DNA from: Patescibacteria group bacterium
GTDB taxonomy: Bacteria; Patescibacteriota; Microgenomatia; UBA12405
Reading direction: 5' to 3'
Assembly (NCBI GenBank): GCA_050943115.1
Contig: JBMNON010000006.1
Span: forward strand, 963-64,962
Length of the DNA: 64,000 nt
The notes beneath the pieces are model-generated. The model was not told the DNA's origin. It ran no database searches and was given only the letters and a program-made list of their open reading frames with translations. Positions 1 to 8,874 of the stretch are shown here, in pieces (the first letter of the stretch is position 1; every line of letters begins with the position of its first letter). The position numbers and the translations under genes were made by a program.

Positions 1-248
1 GTGTATCTGTGATTATGAGGACCGATTTCCCGAATATGAAACTAGCTAAAGAAATTATGGCCAACAATCCAGCTGAGATATTTTTCAAACCAGCAAGCAA
101 GGCGGTGGCACGTGCGACGGGCGTCCCAGAGTCTAACGAACTGACAACCCCTGACGAAGCCATATTAGTAACAATGTATGGAGGAAATCAGAAAATAACT
201 ATAAGTAAGGTTAGACCGAAAGAGATTTATCAGGAGATTTTTGAGTGA
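1..248 (+). CDS. Hypothetical protein, probably the 3' part of a gene entering from the left edge
   Basis: The frame is open to the window edge. Its TGA overlaps the next start (GTGA). Confidence 0.5.
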   Translation, partial: VSVIMRTDFPNMKLAKEIMANNPAEIFFKPASKAVARATGVPESNELTTPDEAILVTMYGGNQKITISKVRPKEIYQEIFE

Positions 249-931
249 AAAAGATAGGTAAATATATCTTTTTTTTATTGATTGTTTGTATTGTAGGGTT
301 TGGTTTTTATACTTATGAGTTGCATCATTTAGCGATTGAGGGTAATAAAATTTTTGGATTAAGATGTTCAAAGGTTAATCCCCCTTTAATCGCTTACAAA
401 AACTCGTTTCTAAAATGGGCTGATTTTCTTAACAACCCGGAAGCACATAAAGATGATGACATGATGGTTTATTATCTTGACTATGTTGATAATCTGAGAA
501 AGTACGTTAAAGAGGAGAATGCGTGGCTTGAAATACATAAAAAATTTGGAAAGAGACTTGATTTTAAATTAATTGAACCATGGTATTTGAAGCAAGGTTG
601 GGATTATCAATACCAGATGTACTTGGGTTATAGGGACGATGCTCAGGGAATGCTTGATATTTATGACAAGTATCAACAGGAGTCTGAAGACAATCTGATG
701 GCGAAACAAACGGAGGCCAGAAATAGGAGAAATGAAGCCAGTCAGGCTTATTTTGATTTTTTTAACATGGCTTCAGAAATTTCAGATTGGAGGAAAATAT
801 TTGGCAATGTTCCAGAACCAGTGGAATGCAATGATACTAACTTGATAATCCCAGATACAGGAGGGGCAATTTTTTGGAATGGTACCCCGACGCCAGCTCC
901 ATCGCTCTCTAATGACGACGACTTGGGATAA
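245..931 (+). CDS. Hypothetical membrane-anchored/secreted protein
   Basis: 228-aa ORF with a basic N-terminus and hydrophobic helix (YIFFLLIVCIVGFGFY), and a PTPAP tail. Confidence 0.75.
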   Translation: MKKIGKYIFFLLIVCIVGFGFYTYELHHLAIEGNKIFGLRCSKVNPPLIAYKNSFLKWADFLNNPEAHKDDDMMVYYLDYVDNLRKYVKEENAWLEIHKKFGKRLDFKLIEPWYLKQGWDYQYQMYLGYRDDAQGMLDIYDKYQQESEDNLMAKQTEARNRRNEASQAYFDFFNMASEISDWRKIFGNVPEPVECNDTNLIIPDTGGAIFWNGTPTPAPSLSNDDDLG

Positions 932-970
932 GATCACATATTACCGATGTTTATCCTTAAAGAGCAACTC

Positions 971-1132
971 TCATTTATCGTCTTTCCAGCGATAATGGTA
1001 TCCAAGTGGCGCTAATGGCTTTAAAGGCCTTAGAGGTTTTAAAGGTTGGAGAGGTTTAAGAGGTTTTAGCGGTTTAATCTTTGGTAAAGTTAGTTTAAAA
1101 GGATCTTTATTTTTAACTAATGTCCATGACAT
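971..1132 (-). CDS. Small cationic (KPL)n-repeat peptide, 53 aa, below the ORF-track cutoff
   Basis: Translates as MSWTLVKNKDPFKLTLPKIKPLKPLKPLQPLKPLRPLKPLAPLGYHYRWKDDK*. A strong SD (GGAGGTG) lies 8 nt upstream, inside the lexA 3' end. Synonymous codons vary between repeat units. Confidence 0.7.
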   Translation of the reverse strand: MSWTLVKNKDPFKLTLPKIKPLKPLKPLQPLKPLRPLKPLAPLGYHYRWKDDK

Positions 1133-1766
1133 TCTTGTTCACCTCCTCTTCTTTTAAGACTGATATTAACTTGCCTTGAATGGTAAACGGACCAACGATA
1201 GGTTTGTGGTCTGGATTTGTACTAGAAGGAAAGAGGATAGGTACACCCTCAACAATTCTATATTTTTTTAGAGTTATCCCACAATTGTCGTGAAGGGCGG
1301 CTACAATATCACCATCACTTGCGACTAACTGGGGCATAATTAAAGCATAATCACCATCGTCAATTCCGACTTTGTTCATACTATCCCCTTTGACCCTAAC
1401 CGCAATAACGTTCCTCACTCCCTTTGTTTGTGTCAGTGAAACTTTTATCTGTGTGTCTACATTTACATCAATAATAGATGGCGATCCCGCTGGGATACAT
1501 GCATCCATTAGGTCAATGGAAATATAGGTTTCTTCGTTGGGGTTTAAAACACTAGGATCAACAATTATCCCTCTAGATCCTTTTTTCCTTTTAATAAAGC
1601 CGTTTATTTCAAGCGCAAGTAACTGTAGAGTTATTCCACGTAAGGATTTTATATCGGTTCTCTCTTTTATCTCTCTAACAGTGGGCGGATATCCGAGCGT
1701 TTTAATATTTTCTACTATTACATCTAAAACTTTTTTTTGATTTTCCGTTAATTTGTTGTAATCCAT
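1113..1766 (-). CDS. lexA: LexA-family repressor (winged HTH + S24 autopeptidase)
   Basis: N-terminal LT..Q..VL...GYPPTVREI, Ala-Gly cleavage site (IPAG), catalytic Ser (GDSM) and Lys (TLKK). Confidence 0.9.
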   Translation of the reverse strand: MDYNKLTENQKKVLDVIVENIKTLGYPPTVREIKERTDIKSLRGITLQLLALEINGFIKRKKGSRGIIVDPSVLNPNEETYISIDLMDACIPAGSPSIIDVNVDTQIKVSLTQTKGVRNVIAVRVKGDSMNKVGIDDGDYALIMPQLVASDGDIVAALHDNCGITLKKYRIVEGVPILFPSSTNPDHKPIVGPFTIQGKLISVLKEEEVNKNVMDIS

Positions 1767-1769
1767 AGG

Positions 1770-1838
1770 TAGTAGACTTTTGTCTACTAATTGTAGTCTA
1801 CCTATTTTGATGATAATATATTTTCAGTTATAAGTCAA
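1770..1838 (-). promoter_or_regulatory. lexA promoter (TTGACT-17-TATCAT) with palindromic operator TAGTAGAC-N4-GTCTACTA and an extra half-site
   Basis: Perfect 8-bp inverted repeat at 1770-1789, 3 bp from the start codon. A further GTCTAC lies at 1796-1801. -35 at 1833-1838, -10 at 1810-1815. Confidence 0.7.
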
Positions 1839-1989
1839 ATTTAGAGGAGCCACCGCTTATGTTGCCTAGCAAGCTTAACAAAAAATAAAGTGGAGGAATG
1901 AAAAATTCACCCCTCCACCACTTGATTCAAATTTATTATTACAGTTATAAAGAAAACTGCAAGGGGTGATGCGGTAACGATTTAAAATT

Positions 1990-2361
1990 GTGGACTTTGA
2001 ATGGAGTGGCTATCTAAGCCTAAATAGGGAGAACGTTAATAGTATCATCGCTTCTACTCCCGGAGTATATAAACTAGCCTTTTGGAATGGAGAGTCTTGG
2101 ACTCCGTTTTATGTAGGTCAGTCGGATGACTTGTCTGTAAGAATGGGACAATATCTAATTCTTGATACTGACAACGATTGTATTAAAAACCATATCAGAA
2201 GATATTCGTGTGGTTTTAATCTGGCCAAGGTTGTCGGTCAAGCAAATCGTGATGTTGCAGAAAGAACTCTATATGACCATTATTCGGCAAACTTTGACCT
2301 GTGCAATGATCCTGACTGTATTCCTGATGTCCAACCAGTACATGTAAATGCGTGGAACTAA
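1990..2361 (+). CDS. Small GIY-YIG-like nuclease domain protein
   Basis: PGVY...FYVGQS.DL..R motif, a later conserved Glu (AERTL) and C-terminal CN. Confidence 0.7.
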   Translation: MDFEWSGYLSLNRENVNSIIASTPGVYKLAFWNGESWTPFYVGQSDDLSVRMGQYLILDTDNDCIKNHIRRYSCGFNLAKVVGQANRDVAERTLYDHYSANFDLCNDPDCIPDVQPVHVNAWN

Positions 2362-2365
2362 TAGT

Positions 2366-2402
2366 TAGCGCCAGGGTGTAACGACTCTGGCGCTATTTTT
2401 TC
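2366..2402 (+). terminator. Intrinsic terminator between convergent genes
   Basis: TAGCGCCAG...CTGGCGCTA stem followed by a T-run. Confidence 0.7.
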
Positions 2403-3565
2403 TTAAAATATTTTTTACCCTTCAACTTCTCAGGCAATAAATCCTCTTTGGTATACATTTCATACCCTTTCCCGTAGCCGATTTCTTTCATCAACTTTGT
2501 GGGTGCGTTTCTTAAATTTAGTGGTATCGGTAAATTCCCAAACTTCTTAACATCAGCCAAAGCGGCCATGTAGGCATCATAAGCACTGCGATCTTTAGGA
2601 GCAAGTGAAAGATAAACCACGCCATGAGCTAAGTTCTCCTGACACTCTGGATAACCGATTGTTTCGACTGCTCTAAACACCTGATTGGCAAGCAGGAGGG
2701 CATTTGAGTTTGCGATACCGATGTCCTCACTGGCAAAGATAACCATACGTCTAGCAATGAACTTTGGATCTTCCCCTGCTTCGACTAAACGTGCTAAGTA
2801 ATACAGTGCCGCATCGACATTTGAAGCCCTCATACTTTTCAATAATGAGCTAATGGTGTTGTAGTGCTCCTCGCCTTTTTTGTCGAAACGAAGATATTTA
2901 TTCTGAAGTGTAGATTTGAGATTGTCGATGGTTAGTTTGCCATAAAGAGTAAAGGCATTGTCCAGCATGGTTATTGCTTGGCGGGCGTCGCCGTTGGCCA
3001 TTTGGATGAGCCAATCCCGGGCTTCTTTGGATATTTTGACTCCAAGTTTTTTGACGGACCTGTCGATTATCTCCCCGACTTCGGAGTTGCTTAACTCATT
3101 TAGAACAAAAACCCGGCAACGGGAAAGAAGAGGGCTTATTACCTCAAAGCTGGGGTTTTCGGTGGTGGCACCAATTAAAGTCAAAAGGCCTGATTCAACA
3201 TAAGGCAGGAGGAAATCCTGTTGGGCTTTGTTGAAACGATGAATTTCGTCCAAAAATAAAATCTTTTTTATAAGGGTGGGATTGCCGGATTTAGCTGATT
3301 CAACAATTTTTCTAATATCGTCCTTACCGGCAGAAACAGCAGACAGCTCATAATATTCAGCACCAGCTTCCTTAGCTAGAATACGGGCTAAGGTGGTCTT
3401 GCCGACCCCGGGCGGTCCCCAAAAAATCATGGAAAAAATTTCTTTGTTTTTAATGGCAATCCTGAGGGGTTTGCCCTGCCCTACTAAGTGATTTTGACCG
3501 ATGAATTCGTCAAGATTTTTGGGGCGAATGGAAGAGGCTAGAGGTTCTCGACTGGCGGTGGTCAT
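2393..3565 (-). CDS. rarA: Replication-associated recombination protein A (AAA+ ATPase, RarA/MgsA)
   Basis: PLA..IRP.NLDEFIGQ, Walker A GPPGVGKTT, FLDEIHRFNKAQQD, GATTENPSF, and the C-terminal LRNAPTKLMK.IGYG motif. Confidence 0.95.
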   Translation of the reverse strand: MTTASREPLASSIRPKNLDEFIGQNHLVGQGKPLRIAIKNKEIFSMIFWGPPGVGKTTLARILAKEAGAEYYELSAVSAGKDDIRKIVESAKSGNPTLIKKILFLDEIHRFNKAQQDFLLPYVESGLLTLIGATTENPSFEVISPLLSRCRVFVLNELSNSEVGEIIDRSVKKLGVKISKEARDWLIQMANGDARQAITMLDNAFTLYGKLTIDNLKSTLQNKYLRFDKKGEEHYNTISSLLKSMRASNVDAALYYLARLVEAGEDPKFIARRMVIFASEDIGIANSNALLLANQVFRAVETIGYPECQENLAHGVVYLSLAPKDRSAYDAYMAALADVKKFGNLPIPLNLRNAPTKLMKEIGYGKGYEMYTKEDLLPEKLKGKKYFKKK

Positions 3566-3566
3566 G

Positions 3567-3621
3567 TTTGGGTTTTATTTGGGTATGACTTTAGAATACG
3601 AGGAAACTATCGACAAGTCAA
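3567..3621 (-). promoter_or_regulatory. rarA promoter (TTGACT-17-TATTCT) with a downstream direct-repeat operator, candidate SOS box
   Basis: Plus-strand TTTGGGT-TTTA-TTTGGGT at 3567-3584 lies between the -10 (3593-3598) and the ATG. A near-identical element precedes the dinB operon. Confidence 0.7.
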
Positions 3622-3645
3622 TAATATGTTTATTAAAATATTATT

Positions 3646-3789
3646 ATGATACTAAGAAACATAAATCCAATATTGTCCCTAATTTTTGGAATTCTAATAT
3701 TGACCAACCCGAAGTTGCTGTCGACTTTGGTGGGGATTTATTTGATCATCACCGGATTGCTAGGTTTGGGGATTATCCAACTTAGATAG
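3646..3789 (+). CDS. Small two-helix membrane protein, DUF3096-like (47 aa, not in the ORF track)
   Basis: MILRNINPILSLIFGILILTNPKLLSTLVGIYLIITGLLGLGIIQLR matches the DUF3096 pattern GILIL..P.LL...V.IYLI..GLLGL. TAAAAT lies just upstream. Confidence 0.75.
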   Translation: MILRNINPILSLIFGILILTNPKLLSTLVGIYLIITGLLGLGIIQLR

Positions 3790-4681
3790 TCTTCTTCTTT
3801 CTCTTGACTAGGTATACCACAGCTAGTATCGGTACCCAAATGGGTGTGTAAACGAAGAGCCAGATGGCGGCGGAACCGACAGAGCGGAAAGTGCCCAGAA
3901 GTGATCTAACCGAATTTTTGAATATAACCGATGGTCTCCAGGCCTTGTCGGGGGTATAAGGAAGAGCGAGCTCATCTGTAGACAAATAAATATTTATCCG
4001 GCTTAGATTGGCTGATTGCTTATAAAATTCCTGTTGGCCTTTGAGGTCATCAATTTGACTTTGAAGATTCACAAGTTCCCTTTGGACATTAAGAAGATCG
4101 CTGACGGCAACTGCGTTTTCAAGAATTGCCTCATATTTAGATTTGGTTTTATTTAATATTTCCAGTTTTGCCCCCAAATCTTCATAACGGTCGGTGACAT
4201 CCCGCCCATAGACATTTTCGGAAACTACCTTGACGGCATAACCTTTAAAAGCTTCCAGGGCTTCGGGGATACGATCATGAGGAACGCGGACACTGATGGT
4301 ACCACTGGCTGATTGTTCGGGCCGATTGAGATTGGAGTTTATGAGGAAACCGCCAAGCCCTCTGGTTTTTGATTCGATGTCTTTGATTGTCTGGGTAACG
4401 TCTTTAACGACAAGAGAAAGGCTAGTGTCCTGGATGACAATACGATCAGGGCTATCTGACGGTGGAGACGAGTTGTAGGCTAATCCCGGAGTGTAGCTTT
4501 CCCTGACAGCACTCTGCGGACTGAGCTTTAAGCTAGTGCCCAAAGAATCAAAAGATAAACCGCCACCACCATAAGAACTGGTGGAATAGTAATTTACTGG
4601 GAAAAGAGTATTTTTCAGAAGATAGGTAATAACGACAAGAAGAATTACAATAAGCCAGTTTTTCTTTAACCAAGCGATCAT
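3782..4681 (-). CDS. DUF4349 domain membrane protein
   Basis: N-terminal TM, R.VI...SLSL.VKDV, GTISVRVP, DVTD.Y.DL, a coiled coil and a C-terminal TM. Start moved to MIAWLKK. Confidence 0.8.
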   Translation of the reverse strand: MIAWLKKNWLIVILLVVITYLLKNTLFPVNYYSTSSYGGGGLSFDSLGTSLKLSPQSAVRESYTPGLAYNSSPPSDSPDRIVIQDTSLSLVVKDVTQTIKDIESKTRGLGGFLINSNLNRPEQSASGTISVRVPHDRIPEALEAFKGYAVKVVSENVYGRDVTDRYEDLGAKLEILNKTKSKYEAILENAVAVSDLLNVQRELVNLQSQIDDLKGQQEFYKQSANLSRINIYLSTDELALPYTPDKAWRPSVIFKNSVRSLLGTFRSVGSAAIWLFVYTPIWVPILAVVYLVKRKKKTI

Positions 4682-4766
4682 TTGATTAATGATATCACAA
4701 GAATTTTTTACTGTAAGCGGGAGATAAGAATTGTAAGAATCGAAGTCGCAAGGTATAATAAGGTAT

Positions 4767-5438
4767 ATGCTAAAGAAGATTTTGGTTGTTGAAGACGACA
4801 AAGATTTAAGAGAATACCTAAAAGAACTACTGATGGAAAACGATTATACGGTTGATTTGGTTAGTGATGGCGCTTCGGCCCTAAATTACATTAAGAAAGC
4901 CAAGCCTGATTTGGTAATTTTAGATTTAGGATTACCAGATATAGACGGCAAGTCCGTTTGTTCCAGTATAAAAAAGGACAGTCCTGAGATGCCGGTAATT
5001 ATTTTGACTGCAAGACACAGCACCAGCGATATTGTGTCAGGTCTGAACTTGGGTGCCGATGACTATATATCCAAGCCTTTTGTCGGCGAAGAACTTCTAG
5101 CAAGAATTAAGGTCCAGTTAAGAAACCAAGATAATGACAGCGGACTACTACGGGTCGATGATTTGCTACTGGATAGCAATGCTATGAGAGTTGAGAGAAA
5201 TGGCAAGTCTATAAAATTGACAAAAACCGAGTTTGATTTACTTCGGTATTTAATGTCCAGCAAGGGTAAGGTGCTTACCCGGGAGAATATATTAAACAGA
5301 ATTTGGCTTTATTCCCCTGATATTGAAAGCCGGGTAGTCGATGTATATGTCGGATACTTAAGAAAAAAGATAGACAACGGATATAAGAAGAAACTAATTC
5401 AATCGGTGCGAGGTTTTGGTTACACCATTAAGGAATAA
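4767..5438 (+). CDS. OmpR/PhoB-family DNA-binding response regulator
   Basis: REC domain (VEDD, DLGLPDIDG, GADDYISKPF) plus winged helix (LTKTEFDLL, VVDVYVGYLRKK, SVRGFGY). Confidence 0.95.
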   Translation: MLKKILVVEDDKDLREYLKELLMENDYTVDLVSDGASALNYIKKAKPDLVILDLGLPDIDGKSVCSSIKKDSPEMPVIILTARHSTSDIVSGLNLGADDYISKPFVGEELLARIKVQLRNQDNDSGLLRVDDLLLDSNAMRVERNGKSIKLTKTEFDLLRYLMSSKGKVLTRENILNRIWLYSPDIESRVVDVYVGYLRKKIDNGYKKKLIQSVRGFGYTIKE

Positions 5439-5477
5439 GAATACCCCGACTAAGTCGAGGCATTCCAAAGACATATT

Positions 5478-5846
5478 TTATATTAGTTGATAGATTTTTT
5501 TGACCAGTTCGTTTGATGAAAATGGCTTGCTGAGATAACTGTAACCATTAGTGCCAATTGACCGGACATATTCCTTGGCTTGATCGTGTCCGGATACCAT
5601 AAGAATGGGAATGCCGTTAGTATCTTTGGCATCTTTGAGGAGTTGGGCTATGTTGATGCCATTTTCATTATCTTTTAGAAAAACATCCAGGATTATTAAA
5701 TTGGGCTGGTAACTTCTAATTTTTTGTTGAATAGTGTTGCTGTCGGAAGTGGCGATATAATCGCATCCGGCGTCTTCCAAAACCGAACTCATTCCTTCAA
5801 GAAAATCACTATCATCATCTAAAATAAGTACTTTAGGTTGGTACAT
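5478..5846 (-). CDS. Single-domain response regulator (CheY/Spo0F-like)
   Basis: LILDDD, IILDVFL, MVSG, LSKPF; no output domain. Confidence 0.9.
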   Translation of the reverse strand: MYQPKVLILDDDSDFLEGMSSVLEDAGCDYIATSDSNTIQQKIRSYQPNLIILDVFLKDNENGINIAQLLKDAKDTNGIPILMVSGHDQAKEYVRSIGTNGYSYLSKPFSSNELVKKIYQLI

Positions 5847-5935
5847 AATTGCTTAATAAATAACAGTATTGTTTATCCGGTTTTCATAAAATAAAGAGGT
5901 ATGAAAAATGAAAGAGATGTGTAAGAAACAAGAAT

Positions 5936-6853
5936 TTAGTTGTCTGTTGGTAAGGTAAGAAGAGCTGACAGACTATTGTCCGAATTTTCAAAAAGCAAGA
6001 TGTTTCCGGCAAACATTTGGAGTATTTCTTCGGAAAGGAGAAGACTGACACCAGGACGCGGCAAAGTAATCGGACTTTGGTGTTTTTTTTGGGATAAGCC
6101 AGAGGGATAGATCATTAATTCAATAGCGTGGGGCTTATAAAAGGCAGTAATAATCAAGTTGTTAGTATTTGACTTTTCCGTTAAAAAAATGCAGTAGTTT
6201 GTTAGTGATTGAATAAAACGAGTTTCATCAACGAAGATATAAGGAGATTTGCCCTGTGGAATTTCGATGGTTACATTCGGTAACTTTTTTTTAAGTTTAA
6301 TCAAAAGAGGTGAGAGGGGCAGTCTCGTAAAATTAAGTCTAAGGATGTTGTCGTTTAGGCGGACCAAGTCAGCAAAATCATTGATTTCAGAAACAAGGGA
6401 TTCGATCTTGGCATCGATTTTTGACAGGTGGCTTAGATTTTTTTTATCAAGGTTAGTTTTGGCTAATTTTGAGAAAAGAATTTCGGCAAACAATTTGATG
6501 GTGGTCAGGGGTGACTTTAATTCGTGACTAACAAACTGAATAAAGGACTCCTGAGGCAAGGGCTCAACAGAGGGGTAAACAAGGATTTTTATGAGAAGAG
6601 AATTGTCCCGGAACCTTTCTTCCACATTAATTGCAAAGATTTGATGATCGGACTTTACTACAAAACGATATTTTTCTACGTCCTCTAAAAGGGTGAGGAT
6701 TTCCTGATAATTCTCTTGACTTTGGGGAAATAAATCAAAAATTGATTTGGCATCTTTTATATTTGGGAGAGTGTCGGAGGCAATAGAGTTGTAGGTGAGG
6801 ATCCGGCCGCTTTTGTTTGTTAAAATTAGCCGATTTTTCGTAGAAACAAGCAT
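5936..6853 (-). CDS. Histidine-kinase-like protein with intact H-box and degenerate ATPase domain
   Basis: The H-box FVSHELKSPLTTIK is intact. The N-box is reduced to QSLTNYCIFL, there is no DxGxG, and G2 is reduced to PGVSL. The N-terminus is PAS-like and there is no TM helix. Confidence 0.75.
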   Translation of the reverse strand: MLVSTKNRLILTNKSGRILTYNSIASDTLPNIKDAKSIFDLFPQSQENYQEILTLLEDVEKYRFVVKSDHQIFAINVEERFRDNSLLIKILVYPSVEPLPQESFIQFVSHELKSPLTTIKLFAEILFSKLAKTNLDKKNLSHLSKIDAKIESLVSEINDFADLVRLNDNILRLNFTRLPLSPLLIKLKKKLPNVTIEIPQGKSPYIFVDETRFIQSLTNYCIFLTEKSNTNNLIITAFYKPHAIELMIYPSGLSQKKHQSPITLPRPGVSLLLSEEILQMFAGNILLFENSDNSLSALLTLPTDN

Positions 6854-6995
6854 ATGTTCTATTTTACCAAAATTGAAAAATTACAGGTATTTTAGGCTTT
6901 ATTACACAGCTCTTACGCTTTTTTGATTAGCGTCTTAAGCTTGGTTACTAAGATTATTTTAATATTTATTAGAGTAAAGGAGGTGAGCAACAAGA

Positions 6996-7241
6996 ATGAA
7001 TTTACTACTATGGATTTTGTTGGGTCTGATAGCCGGCTGGTTGGCGTCTGTAATTATGAAAACTAATGCAGAACAAGGACCGATATTGGATATCGTACTA
7101 GGGATTGTCGGTGCGATTGTGGGTGGACTAGTTATGAACTTATTGGGATTCGGAGGTGTTACAGGATTTAACATAGGTAGCATATTGGTTGCCACCCTGG
7201 GAGCAATAGTGCTCATTGCAATCGGCAGGGCTATTAAATAG
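6996..7241 (+). CDS. GlsB/YeaQ/YmgE family stress membrane protein
   Basis: WILLGLIAGWLA...DIVLGIVGAIVGG...SILVATLGAIVL; strong SD AAGGAGGTG. Confidence 0.9.
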   Translation: MNLLLWILLGLIAGWLASVIMKTNAEQGPILDIVLGIVGAIVGGLVMNLLGFGGVTGFNIGSILVATLGAIVLIAIGRAIK

Positions 7242-7263
7242 GACTGCTGAACAACGTAGAACC

Positions 7264-7296
7264 ATACAAGCTGCTTTTTAGCAGCTTGTATTTTTT
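7264..7296 (+). terminator. Intrinsic terminator
   Basis: Perfect stem ATACAAGCTGCT-TTTT-AGCAGCTTGTAT followed by a T-run. Confidence 0.85.
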
Positions 7297-7502
7297 GAAT
7301 AAAAAGATCGATCCTTAACTATGATTTTTTTGGTCTTCAAGCCTTGTTTTTTGTAATAGAGAGAGTCTTTTTCTAGTCTTGCCGGTTTGGTGAAGATGAC
7401 AATGTGAGCCATGAGTTTTTTTAAAATGTTAACTAGATTAAATTTAGTTTTCAGTAAATAGACTTGAGAGAGAATGTAGTAATAATCTGGTAAGAAGCGG
7501 CA

Positions 7503-8822
7503 TTACCTGGTCCAGATTTCAGAAGTAAGCCCACGAAAATTCTTGATTTCTTGTTGATGAAAACCTAAGTTTTGTAAAATAATAGAATGGTTGAGGCCGT
7601 GGATTTCCTGACCATAGGGAACTACGGTAACTTGATTTTGAGCGGCAAGAGTCTCGGTATTGCGATAATCGATAAGTATTGCTTGAGGAGAATAGTAAGA
7701 TAAAGGGTCGGCGAATGAAGAAATTATTAAGACAGGCTTTTGGGTATCGATGGAAGAGGCCAAATCTTTCCAGTCTTCACGATGTTGATTCCAATCGAAA
7801 AGGTAGAAGAAAGAAAATGATACAAAAATTACAAGAACAAGACTAAGATGTCGCCTATCGGCAAAGGATAAGGCTAAACACATAATTGGAATGAGATACA
7901 AAAAGCGGAAGTACTGGAGCATAGGAGAGGTAAAAGAAAAAAGTGTGGCAATAAATATTGGAAAAAAGAAGAGGAAGAGAACAAGTTTATTTTTTAGAAA
8001 CCCTGTTGATGCGATAAAAAAAGTGACAATAACCGATAGTCCGGAGATTAAATAATAAATAACTTTGGGGTAAAAAGTAACTCTGCCGGCAATAAACTTT
8101 ATGGGTATTAAAAGAAGGTTTTTTAGGGTAACTTGACCTAACACTAGTGTCCAATTTTTTACACTAGAAAGCATTAATGATGAGTTCTTATATTGGGATA
8201 CCAGAAGAGGAAAAATTATAAGTAAGGATATAACAAAACCCGGTAAGAGTTTAGGAAATAGGTATCGGTGATTTTTGCCAAAAAAGACAAAAATATAGAA
8301 GGAAACAATTAAAAACACCGACCCATAAAATGTGAGAAAGGCCAATCCGGAAAATAGATTAAAAAGAAACAAGTGACGGAGCTTAATTTGCGGAGAATTT
8401 AAAATTTTAATGAAGTAAAAAGTTGCGGCGGTCAGTAAAAATACGACCAGAGAATACATACGAATTTCATGGGAATAGTAAATTATCAACGGATTAAAAA
8501 GAAACAGGGATAGGGCCCATACAGCAGCCCTACGATTTTTTATAAATCTGACTAAGTGATATAAGTAAAACCCGGCGGCTAAGGACAAAAATATTGACAG
8601 TAGCCGACCCGAAATGACTGATATTGAAAAAGGGGCGGTCCATAGTTTTAGAAGTAAATAGTAACCTGGGGGGTGGAAATCAGAAGGAGAAAATTTATTT
8701 ATAATTTCAAAGAAGGAATAGTTTCTGACAACATTTAGAGAAATCGCTTCGTCCAGCCAAAGGGACTGATTTATGGCAATAAGGCGGCAAATTAAGGCGG
8801 CTAAGAATACTAACAAAAGCAT
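7503..8822 (-). CDS. GT-C fold membrane glycosyltransferase (GT39/PMT-like)
   Basis: QSLWLDEA, DFHPPGYY, YSHEIRMYSL and many TM helices. Confidence 0.85.
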   Translation of the reverse strand: MLLLVFLAALICRLIAINQSLWLDEAISLNVVRNYSFFEIINKFSPSDFHPPGYYLLLKLWTAPFSISVISGRLLSIFLSLAAGFYLYHLVRFIKNRRAAVWALSLFLFNPLIIYYSHEIRMYSLVVFLLTAATFYFIKILNSPQIKLRHLFLFNLFSGLAFLTFYGSVFLIVSFYIFVFFGKNHRYLFPKLLPGFVISLLIIFPLLVSQYKNSSLMLSSVKNWTLVLGQVTLKNLLLIPIKFIAGRVTFYPKVIYYLISGLSVIVTFFIASTGFLKNKLVLFLFFFPIFIATLFSFTSPMLQYFRFLYLIPIMCLALSFADRRHLSLVLVIFVSFSFFYLFDWNQHREDWKDLASSIDTQKPVLIISSFADPLSYYSPQAILIDYRNTETLAAQNQVTVVPYGQEIHGLNHSIILQNLGFHQQEIKNFRGLTSEIWTR

Positions 8823-8874
8823 GGTTTATTTTACCTAAAGCATTAACTTTTTACACCAATTGGCAGTCTCCTTC

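Noticed and set aside
941-973. TGA recoding (code 25 or 4) suggested by the frame continuing past the peptide's TGA
   Set aside because: Long genes have no in-frame TGA, and TGA is used as a stop at coupled junctions (for example 248, 34512, 55989, 59292).
1888-1923. GTGGAGG...CCTCCAC hairpin between lexA and the GIY-YIG-like gene
   Set aside because: The stem is real but single-copy. I cannot distinguish terminator, operator or chance.
3501-3785. 94-aa plus-strand ORF in the track
   Set aside because: It overlaps the rarA start and promoter. A different frame (3646-3789) gives a recognisable small membrane protein.
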